Below, one piece after another: positions 51,911 to 62,953 of a stretch of 64,000 nucleotides of DNA. A model generated the notes under the pieces. It was not told the DNA's origin. It saw only the letters and a program-made list of their open reading frames with translations, and did no database searches. Location of the stretch: the NCBI GenBank assembly GCA_964016885.1, contig OZ024744.1, forward strand, positions 79,298,001 to 79,362,000, given 5' to 3'. A program made the translations under genes and the position numbers. The stretch's first letter is position 1, and each line of letters opens with the position of its first letter. Source of the stretch: Eledone cirrhosa. Taxonomy: Eukaryota.

Positions 51911-52276
51911 GGAGGCACATGGCTTAGTGGTTAGAGCATTGGCCTTGCAATCGAAAGATTGTGAGTTCAATTCTCAGACCAAGTGATGTGTTGTTTCTTT
52001 GAGCAAGACACTTTATTTCACATTGCTCCAGTTTACTCAGCTGTAGAAATGAGATGATAGGGACTGCAAAGTGGTCGTGGAGGTGCCACAGCAAAAAAGC
52101 ACCCAGCCCACACTGTAAAGTGGACGTGTAGGCGCCATGGAAAAAAAGCACCCAGCACTCACTGTAAATGAGATTGGTGTTAGGAAGGGCATCCAGCTGT
52201 AGAAATCAAGCCAGAATCAGTTGCCATCCCACCCTTGCAGGCAGGGAAAAGCGGACGTAAAATGATGATGATGATG
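51911..52276 (+). mobile_element. full-length tRNA-headed CORE-type SINE with RTE-derived tail
   Basis: A-box TGGCTTAGTGG, B-box GAGTTCAATTC, CORE-like block, GGTGTTAGGAAGGGCATCCAGC, (ATG)n tail. Confidence 0.88.
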
Positions 52277-52826
52277 AAGGCTATCATTGATAATGTAAGA
52301 AAACAAGGCCTTGTTGTAATGTATGCATTTGTGCAATAATAAAAAGAATGGCATTTACTGTACTTCTGTAATGTAATGAGGGTCGTGTTTGCCTGAGAGC
52401 TAGAGAGAGACAGAGAGAGAGAGACCTGAATGGTGATTTGTTTGAGACTACATCTTAACGGCTTGGAATCAACTCTGCAACTCCCTGCTTTGACTCTGGG
52501 AGCTGGCTATTTATTACTATCGCTTATTCTGCCCCCAGAACACAATACAAAACAAATGGCACTAAAGTCAGATTGGCTGCTTGATAATGTGAAAGAAACT
52601 CTATTGACGAGAGCATCAAATTACTGCTACACACACACATCAACCTTTTTGTAATTATCGTTGTTGTGGTGTAAGTACGGCCGCTATATTCAGTCTATTT
52701 TCTTGTTGTCACACTTTTGCTCTGGCCGATAATGTTTAGCTTTTCGATTCAATGAGTGCTTTGTGATTGCCTCAAACAACTCTATTAGTACCTGATATAT
52801 TGTGGATACAACTTCAATTCATACCC

Positions 52827-52921
<95 letters not shown>

Positions 52922-53269
52922 CCCTACACGAGCGAGACACGGTTACCCGATCAATCTTGCCACAAGTAGGACAATTCCCATCTAACCGATGCTAGTGTGG
53001 AAGATAGACGGTAAACGAGGATGATGATATATATATATATATAGAGAAAAGGTGAAGTTGGAAATAGCACGGAAAATATATTTTAGGGTCTGTTTTTCTT
53101 TTTTTTTTCCTTTCTTTGATTCATCAAAGTGACATTATTGAAAAGATGACATTGAAAAAATGAGAGGGACAATCTAAACTATAATAAAGGAAGGTCTGCG
53201 GGTTTGTGCACGGTTTATTTTTTTTTTATCCCATTTGTAAAATAAGTTGGATTACTTTGAATAAATAAT

Positions 53270-53454
53270 TGTTTCTGCTTTAGGCACAAGGCCAGCAATT
53301 ACCCAGTTCATTACTGGTACTTTATTTTATCGACCCCGTAAGGATGAAAGGCAAAGTTAACCTCGGCGGGATTTGAACTCAGATCGTAAAGGGACGTAAC
53401 TATGCTGGAAAGCATGGCGTCCGACCCTCCACCGATACTGCCAATCCACCGCCC
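53270..53454 (-). mobile_element. full-length Deu/Nin-core SINE with 19-bp TSD
   Basis: TSD attactttgaataaataat at 53251-53269 and 53455-53473. Confidence 0.92.
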
Positions 53455-55458
53455 ATTACTTTGAATAAATAATGAATGAATATTACATAATTTATCTACT
53501 AAATTTTGTGGTTGTTGATTAAATATATTTTGTTTATTTAAAGATTAACTTCTTTAAAATTTCTGAAATGTCAACACTTCCGGTGGCCATCACTTAAATA
53601 AACATACTAATTTTCTACTAATGCAGTTCATATATATCGTCTTTTTTTAATGTATCATGGATTACGTTACTGATTACAGAAGACAGTGTAACGCAGTCTT
53701 CGTTCAATTTCTATGTATTATATATTGTCAATTACAATTTTATTTGATGTATCATGTCTATATGTATATATACCTGCATATAATATCAATATACACACTA
53801 CACATGCTAGCAGAAAACCACCCGAAGAGTGGTTTTTCTGCTAGTTCTTTTAAAAAAAAGTTTTATAAAGTATATAAAGTATTACTGGTTTCGATGTATT
53901 GGGATAATTGATGGCCTTGTGCCAAAAGTAGAAACAATTATTAAAATTCATCTTATCACACACACGTGGGACAGGGGGGTTTCAGCCTGTCTGTCACAGG
54001 TCCCTTGTGGTGGGAAATTTAAAAACCTTTTCTTCAAAATTTAAAAAATTCTTAAAACTTAAAAAATTCTTTCAAAATAAAAAAAAAAACAGAGCAGATT
54101 ATCAGTAGTGGCTCTCAAACAGGAAACTTCTGGAATGAGCAATTTTTTCTCTCTTATTTTGTGGTGTGTGTATGTATATATAACAATACACACATGCGTG
54201 TATGTGTGAGGGGGGGGGGGGGTCAGCCTGACTGTCACAGGTCCCTTTGTGGTGGGAAATTAAAAAAATGTTCAAACATTTTCAAAATTAAAAATAAACT
54301 CTCCAAATTTACTTTTTAATTCCTATTAATTCTTTTTAATAGGAATTAAAAACTAAATTTGGAGAGTTTATTTTTAATTTTGAAAATTTTTGAAAATTTT
54401 TTTAATTTCCCACCACAAAGGGGTCTGTGACAGACAGGCTGAAACCCCCTGCCCCACATGTGTGTATCTTTATATATACACCCTCACACTATACACACAC
54501 TCCCTAAAACCATATTCCAATAATAGAATTTCTTTTACAACCCTACTGCTGTCATAGAATTTGTCTTTAGCTTACAATACCCCACCCCCATTTGAACTCT
54601 TGACCAGTCAATTAACATAATCAGATATACACACATATTTACAGAATATTTCCTTTTCCCCAAAAAAACAATTTTGTTCTGTGAAGAAACACAACTACCA
54701 ACACTACCGCTACTATCATGACTACACACTTCCCTCTCTCTCTATATATACACAAGAATTCATTCTCCAGTCCACTTCTGAACAAGGGAGATGGAAAAAA
54801 ACTTACTCCATCACTTAATTTTAAATCTTTAATTTTTAGTTTTTAATTCCTATTAATTCTTTTTAATTGTAATACTCAACATTTGATAAGATGAATTTTA
54901 ATAATTGTTTCTACTTTTGGCACAAGGCCAGCAATTACCCAGTAGATTACTGGTACTTTATTTTATCGACCCCGTAAGGATGAAAGGCAAAGTTAACCTC
55001 GTTAATAATACATCGAAACCGGTAATAATACTTTATATACTTTATATACTTTATATACATTATAACATTTTTTAAAAGAGAAATGTCCCTCTCATTTTTT
55101 CAATAATGTCATCTTTTCAATAATGTCAATTTGACGAATCAAAGAAAGGAAAAAAAAGAAAAACAGACTTTAAAATATATTTTCTGTGCTATTTCCAACT
55201 TCACCTTTTCTCTATATCCACTGTTTTGTATAGAACTTTACTTCCCTTTTCTAATATATATAATTAAAAGTCTAACAAGGTTCAATGATTTCATCAATGA
55301 ATAAAGTTTCACAATAGATTTTATAATCTATTGTGAAACTTTATTCATTGATGAATTCATTGAACCTTGTTAAACTTTTAATTATAAAGAAAGGTTTTCT
55401 GGAGTTATTAATATTACTTCAAAATATTAATAAATATAGACATTCATGTGATCAAATA

Positions 55459-55524
55459 TATTTTATTATACATATTTCAGAGATACTGAGTTATTTCAAC
55501 AGTACGTCCTCATCAGATAAAATA
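55459..55524 (-). ncRNA. minimal type I hammerhead ribozyme
   Basis: minus strand tattttat-CTGATGA-ggac gtactg...cagtat ctct-GAAA-tatgta-TA-ataaaata. Confidence 0.8.
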
Positions 55525-55804
55525 AGTACTGTTGAAATAGCTCAGTATCTCTGAAATATGTATAATAAAATATATTTGATCACATGAATGTCTATATTTA
55601 TTAATATTTTGAAGTAATATTTATATATATCCACACTGTAAATGTGGTTGGTGTTAGGAAGGGCATCCAGCCGTAGAAAACCTGCCAGATAGTCCTATAT
55701 GAACGAGACACGGTCACCCAACCAACCTTGCCTCAAGTGGGACAACTCCCATCTAACCCATGCTAGCGTGGAAAATGGACATTAAACGAAGATGATGATG
55801 ATGA

Positions 55805-55845
<41 letters not shown>

Positions 55846-56440
55846 TAACAGATTAACATTTAAGCAAAGAATCGCTGGTTTCGCCCTCAACGGGATCTTC
55901 TGTAGGTGTCACGACAAAATAAAAAATAAAAAATACACAGTCCTCGCTGTAATGTCATGTAGGTAACACGGTAAAAAGCTCCCAGTCCACACTGTAAATG
56001 TGGTTGGAGTTAGGAAGGGCATCCAGCCGTAGAAAACCTGCCATATATATATATCAACAGAATTTTAGAAGATCTAGTTAAGGGGGAAAGCAGTGATTCT
56101 TTGCTTAAACTTTAATCTGTTATTTTAATAAATATTAGCTCTAGGGTTCTTATATATTTGATATATATTTATCCTTATCGAGCCCTCTTTGGATTTTAGT
56201 CTTCAAATTTATTATTATTACTATATATATAACACAGTAAAGAGAGAAATACACATACATATATATTATACACACACATATGTGTTCAAATCATAAGGGA
56301 TATAAAACCATAACTTAATTGTGAAACATGTGAATAGTATTCTTTGATTTATTCATTTAATTAATTTGTATAAACCTTTCTATCCATAGTTAATATATGC
56401 ATCACCCTGGTGGTTTTATATCCCTTATAATTTGAACACA

Positions 56441-56471
<31 letters not shown>

Positions 56472-56594
56472 GAGTATTTCTCTCTTTACTGGGTTATAAA
56501 GAGCTTAGCATCTCTTCCTTGAGCTTATTTGGTTATAAGGGAATATTGTGAGTGTTTAACTCAACATTTTAATTTGATATATATATATATATAT

Positions 56595-57298
56595 ATAACA
56601 ATGATAGTGAGTAAAATTGAAGTTGCAGCTATGGTTAGCATCTCTCGAAAGAACAATTCTCAGAAGCTTGCGCGAGCACTCAATAAGATGATATTGATAA
56701 ATCGATAAGTTAAATCTCAGAGTAATAAACATATGTTAAAGGTGTGACAAATTGAAAATTGTGGCTAGGTAAAGAATGCCACAAAAGCCACTACAACAAC
56801 GAAAATACAAACAGGTTAATACGAACTTGGACCTAATCGATAGATATTATACAATATCTTTGATTGATTTCTGTGAATCCTAAATCTAATTTGCGCAATA
56901 TGCAAGTCAGTACTGTATTCTAAGATCAACTGCGGATTCACTTTTTCAATAGGTATTTCGTTCTGTATACCAACCGTTCGTTGCAATATGACCGCCGCAA
57001 ATCACTATAGTAGCAGCTATAGCAGTGGGGACATGTGTTCTTTCTCAAGGAACGAGGAAGAATCAAATCCGGGTTTTTGGCGGGCAAATTCAAAGTGTGA
57101 ACAAAGGAATCAAATCACAGCCTCCGAATTTAAGCTCTCGACTAGGTTATCAAACAAACACAAATAATTAATCAATCAATAATCAATTAATTAATTAATT
57201 ATAAAGGCCAGGAGAGAATAATAACAATGATAGTGAGTAAAATCAAAGTTGCAGCTACGGCTGGCATCTCTCGAAAGAACAATCCTTAGAAGCTTGTA

Positions 57299-57301
<3 letters not shown>
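56595..57301 (-). mobile_element. non-coding element with 81-bp terminal direct repeats (period 626 bp) and degenerate extended HHR
   Basis: 56595-56675 repeated at 57221-57301; (TA)n on both sides; HHR-like fold at 56831-56954(-). Confidence 0.65.
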
Positions 57302-57363
<62 letters not shown>

Positions 57364-57439
57364 CGTGTGCATGTATGTATATATATACATACTACTGTAC
57401 GTCTGTATACATATATGTATGTACGTATACATACATACT

Positions 57440-57524
<85 letters not shown>

Positions 57525-57639
57525 ATAAAAGCCTTCCCCATGTGTTCCATTCGGAAACCATGTTTATTCCCTTTCAGAAACTAATTAGTTGGAGTGAAAT
57601 TTTAGTAAGTTAATTTTTATAATTTTCTTATTTTACGTC

Positions 57640-57682
<43 letters not shown>

Positions 57683-57686
<4 letters not shown>

Positions 57687-58067
57687 AATATAGACATAGA
57701 ATATTCGAAAATATTCTGTATGTTTATAATAAACATTTTGAAGACCTAATCGCTATAGAATAGAATACGTCACGTATTACAATTAGATTCTCGATAAAAG
57801 CAAGGGAAGTAATCTACGCGTTTCATTCTCGTTAGAAATCATCAGGACTACATATCCAGTGCTTTTATCGAGAATGACACAGCTAGAGACTTATAGAATA
57901 CTTAGCTGTGTACAGGAACTGGTTTGAAAGAGCGGTTGCCGGTCCGGCAGAAATTAGAAATTGGAATAAATGCTCTGAAATAGCGATATATATGTGAATA
58001 TAGACATAGAATATTCGAAAATATTCTGTATGTTTATAATAAACATTTTGAAGACCTAATCGCTATA
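57683..58067 (-). mobile_element. retrozyme-like element (period 310 bp, 75-bp direct repeats)
   Basis: 57683-57757 identical to 57993-58067; TA-rich flanks; intact HHR inside. Confidence 0.8.
57788..57874 (-). ncRNA. type I hammerhead ribozyme with extended stem I
   Basis: minus strand ttctcgataaaagca..gtagtc-CTGATGA-t ttct aacg agaa t-GAAA-cgcg-TA-gattac..tgcttttatcgagaa. Confidence 0.9.
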
Positions 58068-58225
58068 TATGTAAGTATGTATGTATGTATACGTACATAC
58101 ATATGTTTGTACATATGTAAGTAAGTATGTATACGTACATATATGTGCATGTATGTATGTATATACATACTACTGTACGTCTGTATACATATATGTATGT
58201 ACGTATACATACATACTTACATTTA

Positions 58226-58256
<31 letters not shown>

Positions 58257-58715
58257 GTAAGTATGTATGTATACGTACATACATATATGTATACAGACGT
58301 ACAGTAGTATGTATATATATACATACATGCACACATATATATATATATATATATATATGTACGTATGGGTTTACCGAACGTTTATTATAATGCACGGTGT
58401 GTTTGTAAACAAACAGCCCGAATTACGCCGTACAGTGCTCGGCAACCATCGTCGCCTTTTTGTTCAACACTGACAAAGGAACGATGTACTAGTTTCAAGC
58501 TTATTAGCTATACCTTCCTGCCAGATGGTTGAACGTCTGAAAGTATATACTTTCCTTATGCATATTAACGTATCAGCCGTACTAAGAGTGAGAAATGAAA
58601 TTTCGTTTCATTCTTTTCCATTTATATATATATATATATACATTACTGTTCTATATTTTTGAGACGAGGAATTATTTACATTATATACATTGGACATACA
58701 TCAGCCGAAGAGACT

Positions 58716-59238
58716 GGGATAAACACGAGTCTTTAACTCCGTTGTTTCATTTGATATTTTAGCTCCTAACTAATTTCTCTGTTTGTTGAGCCTTTTAAGT
58801 TGAATGGTTATAAGCTGCCATTTCTAGCAATTTTTTCATTCATTCAAGCTACTACATACTATCTGGCGCACGTATTTCCCTTCTCTCTACAAGTGCGACA
58901 AGTTAGTTATCTCATGTCTATTTAGAAGTGTGGAACATATCTTCTTTACACCTGCTGACGAACCCTGAGATGATATGATTCTTACACTGTTTATGGCAAA
59001 ACATTCTCTCTGAGTTTGTACAGGTGTTTTATAGTTATAAAGGTGGCTTTATGCATTTTAATTTATCTCTTTAATTATAATGCATTTCCCATACCTTTTG
59101 CAGATTTTATGTTTTTCACTCTAGTGGCCTTATACCATCTGTAATTGAAAACACACTCTTTCGGTACTTATTCCTTGGGCTCATGAAATCATAAAATTTC
59201 AGGGATAAATGCGAGTCTTTAACTCCGTTGTTTCATTT
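58716..59238 (+). mobile_element. non-coding element with about 37-bp direct repeats (period 486 bp) and HHR-like motif
   Basis: gggataaaYRcgagtctttaactccgttgtttcattt at 58716 and 59202; acacctg-CTGACGA...cAAAAc...gTA-caggtgt at 58948-59027. Confidence 0.65.
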
Positions 59239-59242
59239 TATA

Positions 59243-59314
<72 letters not shown>

Positions 59315-59318
<4 letters not shown>

Positions 59319-60154
59319 AATACAGCATTTACGAAGCTTTAGAATACGACCAAGCTAGCATATATGCATAATCGGTCTGTAGCTTTAGCACTCAGATGAA
59401 GAAAGACCCCAGAGTAATAACATTACGTTCAGACAGCTTAGCAAATCAGATATAGCGGTCGGCAGTCCAGCCGCATCACTAGAGCAACGAAAATACAGGA
59501 CCCAGGAAAATATTTTATACTGACCCGGACATAGCGGTGAGGCTGAGTGCAAAATATATAACTTACATCGTATATGGACAATATAGATCACATATAGCAT
59601 CCAACATCAGCGCTAAGTTTCTGCAAATCCAAGATCGACAAATTCCTATTGCAGGAGTCTGCACTATAATGGTTTTTGACGACAGAACATAGGATTTACT
59701 TCTTCAGCAAGTCTTTCGTTCTTAGCCTGAGCGGGTATGTTGTAGCTTTAAATGTCGCCACAGACACGTGGTTTACTCCAAGGGAGGTAACCCCCGCTTA
59801 GGCGGTGAATTCTAATTTGAGATAAAGGAATGAATCCCTTTAGACAAACCGAATAAAGCACCCAACCAGAAGTTATCAAACAAACTTAAACAATTAATCA
59901 ATCAATAGAATCATCTAATTAAATTAATCAGTTCAACGTTAATTCTAGGAGTAAATATAAATTTTAGTACAGCATTGACGACGCTTTAGAATACGGCCAA
60001 GCTAGCGTATATGCATAATCGGTCTGTAGCTTGAGCACTCAGATGAGGAAAGACCCCATTACGTTCAGACAGCTTAGCAAATCAGATATAGCAGTCGGCA
60101 GTCAAGCCGCATCACTAGAGCAACGAAAATACAGGACCCAGGAAAAGATTTTTA
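59315..60154 (-). mobile_element. non-coding element with about 195-bp terminal direct repeats (period about 647 bp) and extended HHR-like motif
   Basis: 59315-59518 repeated at 59962-60154; (TA)n flanks; CTGAAGA-a gtaaatcc...ggatttgc a-GAAA at 59618-59707(-). Confidence 0.65.
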
Positions 60155-60229
60155 TATATATATATAAATTAAAATAGAGAAATTAATGTAAGCAAAAAGC
60201 CGACAATAATTCAAACAATAAGTGACTAT

Positions 60230-60293
<64 letters not shown>

Positions 60294-61288
60294 CATCATC
60301 ATCATCACTGTTTTACATCCATTCTTGGTTGTCCTGTTGTAGGCAGTGCCTGGTTGGCTGACCTTGTCTTCCTCATATTGGAACTGATTCTGGCATGATT
60401 TCTACAGCTGGATGCCCTTCCTAACACCAACCGCCTTTACAGTGAGTGTTGGGTGCTTTTTTTTCCGTGGCGCCTACACAACCACTTTGCAGTGGGAGGG
60501 AGCGGGGGCATATTGTCTATATGCTTCAGCTTTGGCTTGTACAAGTGGGAAGTCGGGTCTTATATGTGTATATTGTTCTACTGTACGGATGGACAGACAG
60601 AACAAAATTGTTATTGTGACATCTATGGATGAAGTATGTGATAAAACTAGGTGATGTTTGCTGTCTCAGCGCAGCTGCTGCATATACATGGCTTGTACAG
60701 CTTTCACAAGCCATTCATCTACTCCTAGTTTTGTAAGAGGCCACCAGATTATGGCGTGAGGCACTCTGCCAGGTAGAGTGGATTACTTTTAGCTAGGTAC
60801 ATGGAAATAAATAAACAAATATAAACACACACAGACACCCGGATGTAACACATGCGCAAACTAAGCACACAACACACACAAAAATAAGATGGCGTAGGAC
60901 AGAACAAAGGAGAGGCACAAAAACAAAGAAAAGAATCCTCAGTTACTCTAGAGGTCACAGAATGTGTGACGAAAGAACTTTGACAATATATGAACAACCG
61001 TCCGGTTGTGGAACCAACCAACCAACCAACCGGAAATTTATAAATTCTTAAATTTATAAATTTAACTTATAATAAATTGGAGTGAAAGCAACTGGTGCGT
61101 ATGTTTCTTATTGGCAACATGACCCTCCCAAAGCATAACAATATATATATATATATATGCAAAAGTTCTATTTAAATTGTTGGGATACAACAAGCAAATA
61201 TTTTTATAACTGATATAAAGCACTCAATAAGTATTTGGAGTAAACATACGATATTAACAAATGGAAACTATATTTATAAAACCATATT

Positions 61289-61353
61289 TATTTTATTATA
61301 CATATTTCAAGGACACCAAGTTAAATTATGGTGTGCTTTCATCAGATAAAATA
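61289..61353 (-). ncRNA. minimal type I hammerhead ribozyme
   Basis: minus strand tattttat-CTGATGA-aagc acacca...tggtgt cctt-GAAA-tatgta-TA-ataaaata. Confidence 0.8.
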
Positions 61354-62953
61354 TAATATAGATCAGTTTTATAAATATATATTGACATACCCTTAAAAAA
61401 TGCAACCATTACTGTTGGAAGCTCCCGGATAGTGGAGTTGTTTACTTATATTAGTATTGGATATTTTTATTTTTAAAATAAGTCGTTGGGTTACAGAGAA
61501 GGAAAAAGACGGAGAGAGAGAAAAATATAGAAAGAAAGAAAAAAGAAAAAAGAGAAACGAGAGAGAGATACCAAAACAACAGATAGAGAGAAAATATAGG
61601 GATAGATAGTGGGGGAGAGAACGAATGTCTTATTGAGTTAACTTAACAATTGAGATGAAATGAGTAAATAAAATTAGAAATATTAATAATCATGAATGGA
61701 ATATACATATATAATTGTTTCTACTTTAGGCACAAGGCCAGCAATCACCCAGTGCATTACTCGTACTTTATTTTATCGACCTCGTAAGGATGAAAGGCAA
61801 AGTCAACCTCGACGGGATTTGAACTCAGATCGTAAAGGGACGTAACTATGCTGGAAAGCATTGCGTCCGACCCTCTACCGATACTGCCAATCCACACATA
61901 TAATATGAGAAATTAATCATTGTTTAAATATGATTAGATGTTTAGTTTAAAAATTGAGATCAATATATTAAAAATTGGGATCTATACATTAAGAAATCTA
62001 TATATTATTAGAGAACTACATATCATATAACACGTACACACACGCAAAAATACACATAAATATATATATATACACACACTCACAAAATACACACCATATC
62101 TAACTACGTATATAATATATACACACAAAGCATAAAGGATTTTTTTTATTTAATGTTATACACACTTTGTGTTATTAACATTTTTTTAATATATATATAT
62201 ATAAATATATAAGAGTAGCTGTTATGTATTTATGGCTGTTAATTATGTCTATCTGCAATCAAATTGTATGGATATACACGTACATGTACACACATAATTC
62301 TTACATATACATATATATACATGTATGTGTACCCTCAGCCAATAGGTAGATACGCGTCAGGCATACATACATACAGACAGACATATATTCATAAAAACGC
62401 ATAGAACACATGTACATGTATGTCAATATACACATATACATATATACTCACATATAGAGAGAAGTATACATCAATATATTACATAATATAATTGAGTACA
62501 TAAAATACAAAAGGATTATATTACAATTTGGAAATATAATTATATCAATATAACTTTAAAAGCAATACAATTTTAAAATATTATAGAATATTTTAAGTTA
62601 AAATAATAGTATGTTTAATAGATTTAGTATAGAAATTTATCTTACGTATATTTAACTCAAAATATTGAAAAACTTTCGAAAATTATGAGAAGCTATCAGA
62701 ATAAAAAAATAAAAATAACAATAAAAATAAAAATAATAAAAAATAAATAAAAAATAAAAAATAAGAAATAGTAAATATTTTCTCCTTTCAAGAGCTCTCA
62801 ATATATTTCTCTAGAATAGTTTATTATATTTATATTTATATTTAGGAAGAAAAGTTATTTATACTTGAGTGTTTAACCAAAAAAAAGATGAAGGAATCTA
62901 ATGATTTATCGACAGGTTTCATATATTAATAAAATTAATAAATTAATTATATA

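Noticed and set aside
51911-51980. tRNA gene
   Set aside because: A/B boxes present but fused to a SINE core and tail in multiple dispersed copies.
56229-56497. About 80-bp inverted repeats
   Set aside because: Probably another PLE-type inverted fragment, but no HHR core or TSD to classify it.
60680-60752. IWWPLTKLGVDEWLVKAVQAMY peptide on the minus strand
   Set aside because: Small RTE RT fragment homologous to 51175-51240, not a host gene.
62655-62706. HHR-like CTGATAG...GAAA on the minus strand
   Set aside because: Core is wrong (CUGAUAG) and stem II does not pair.
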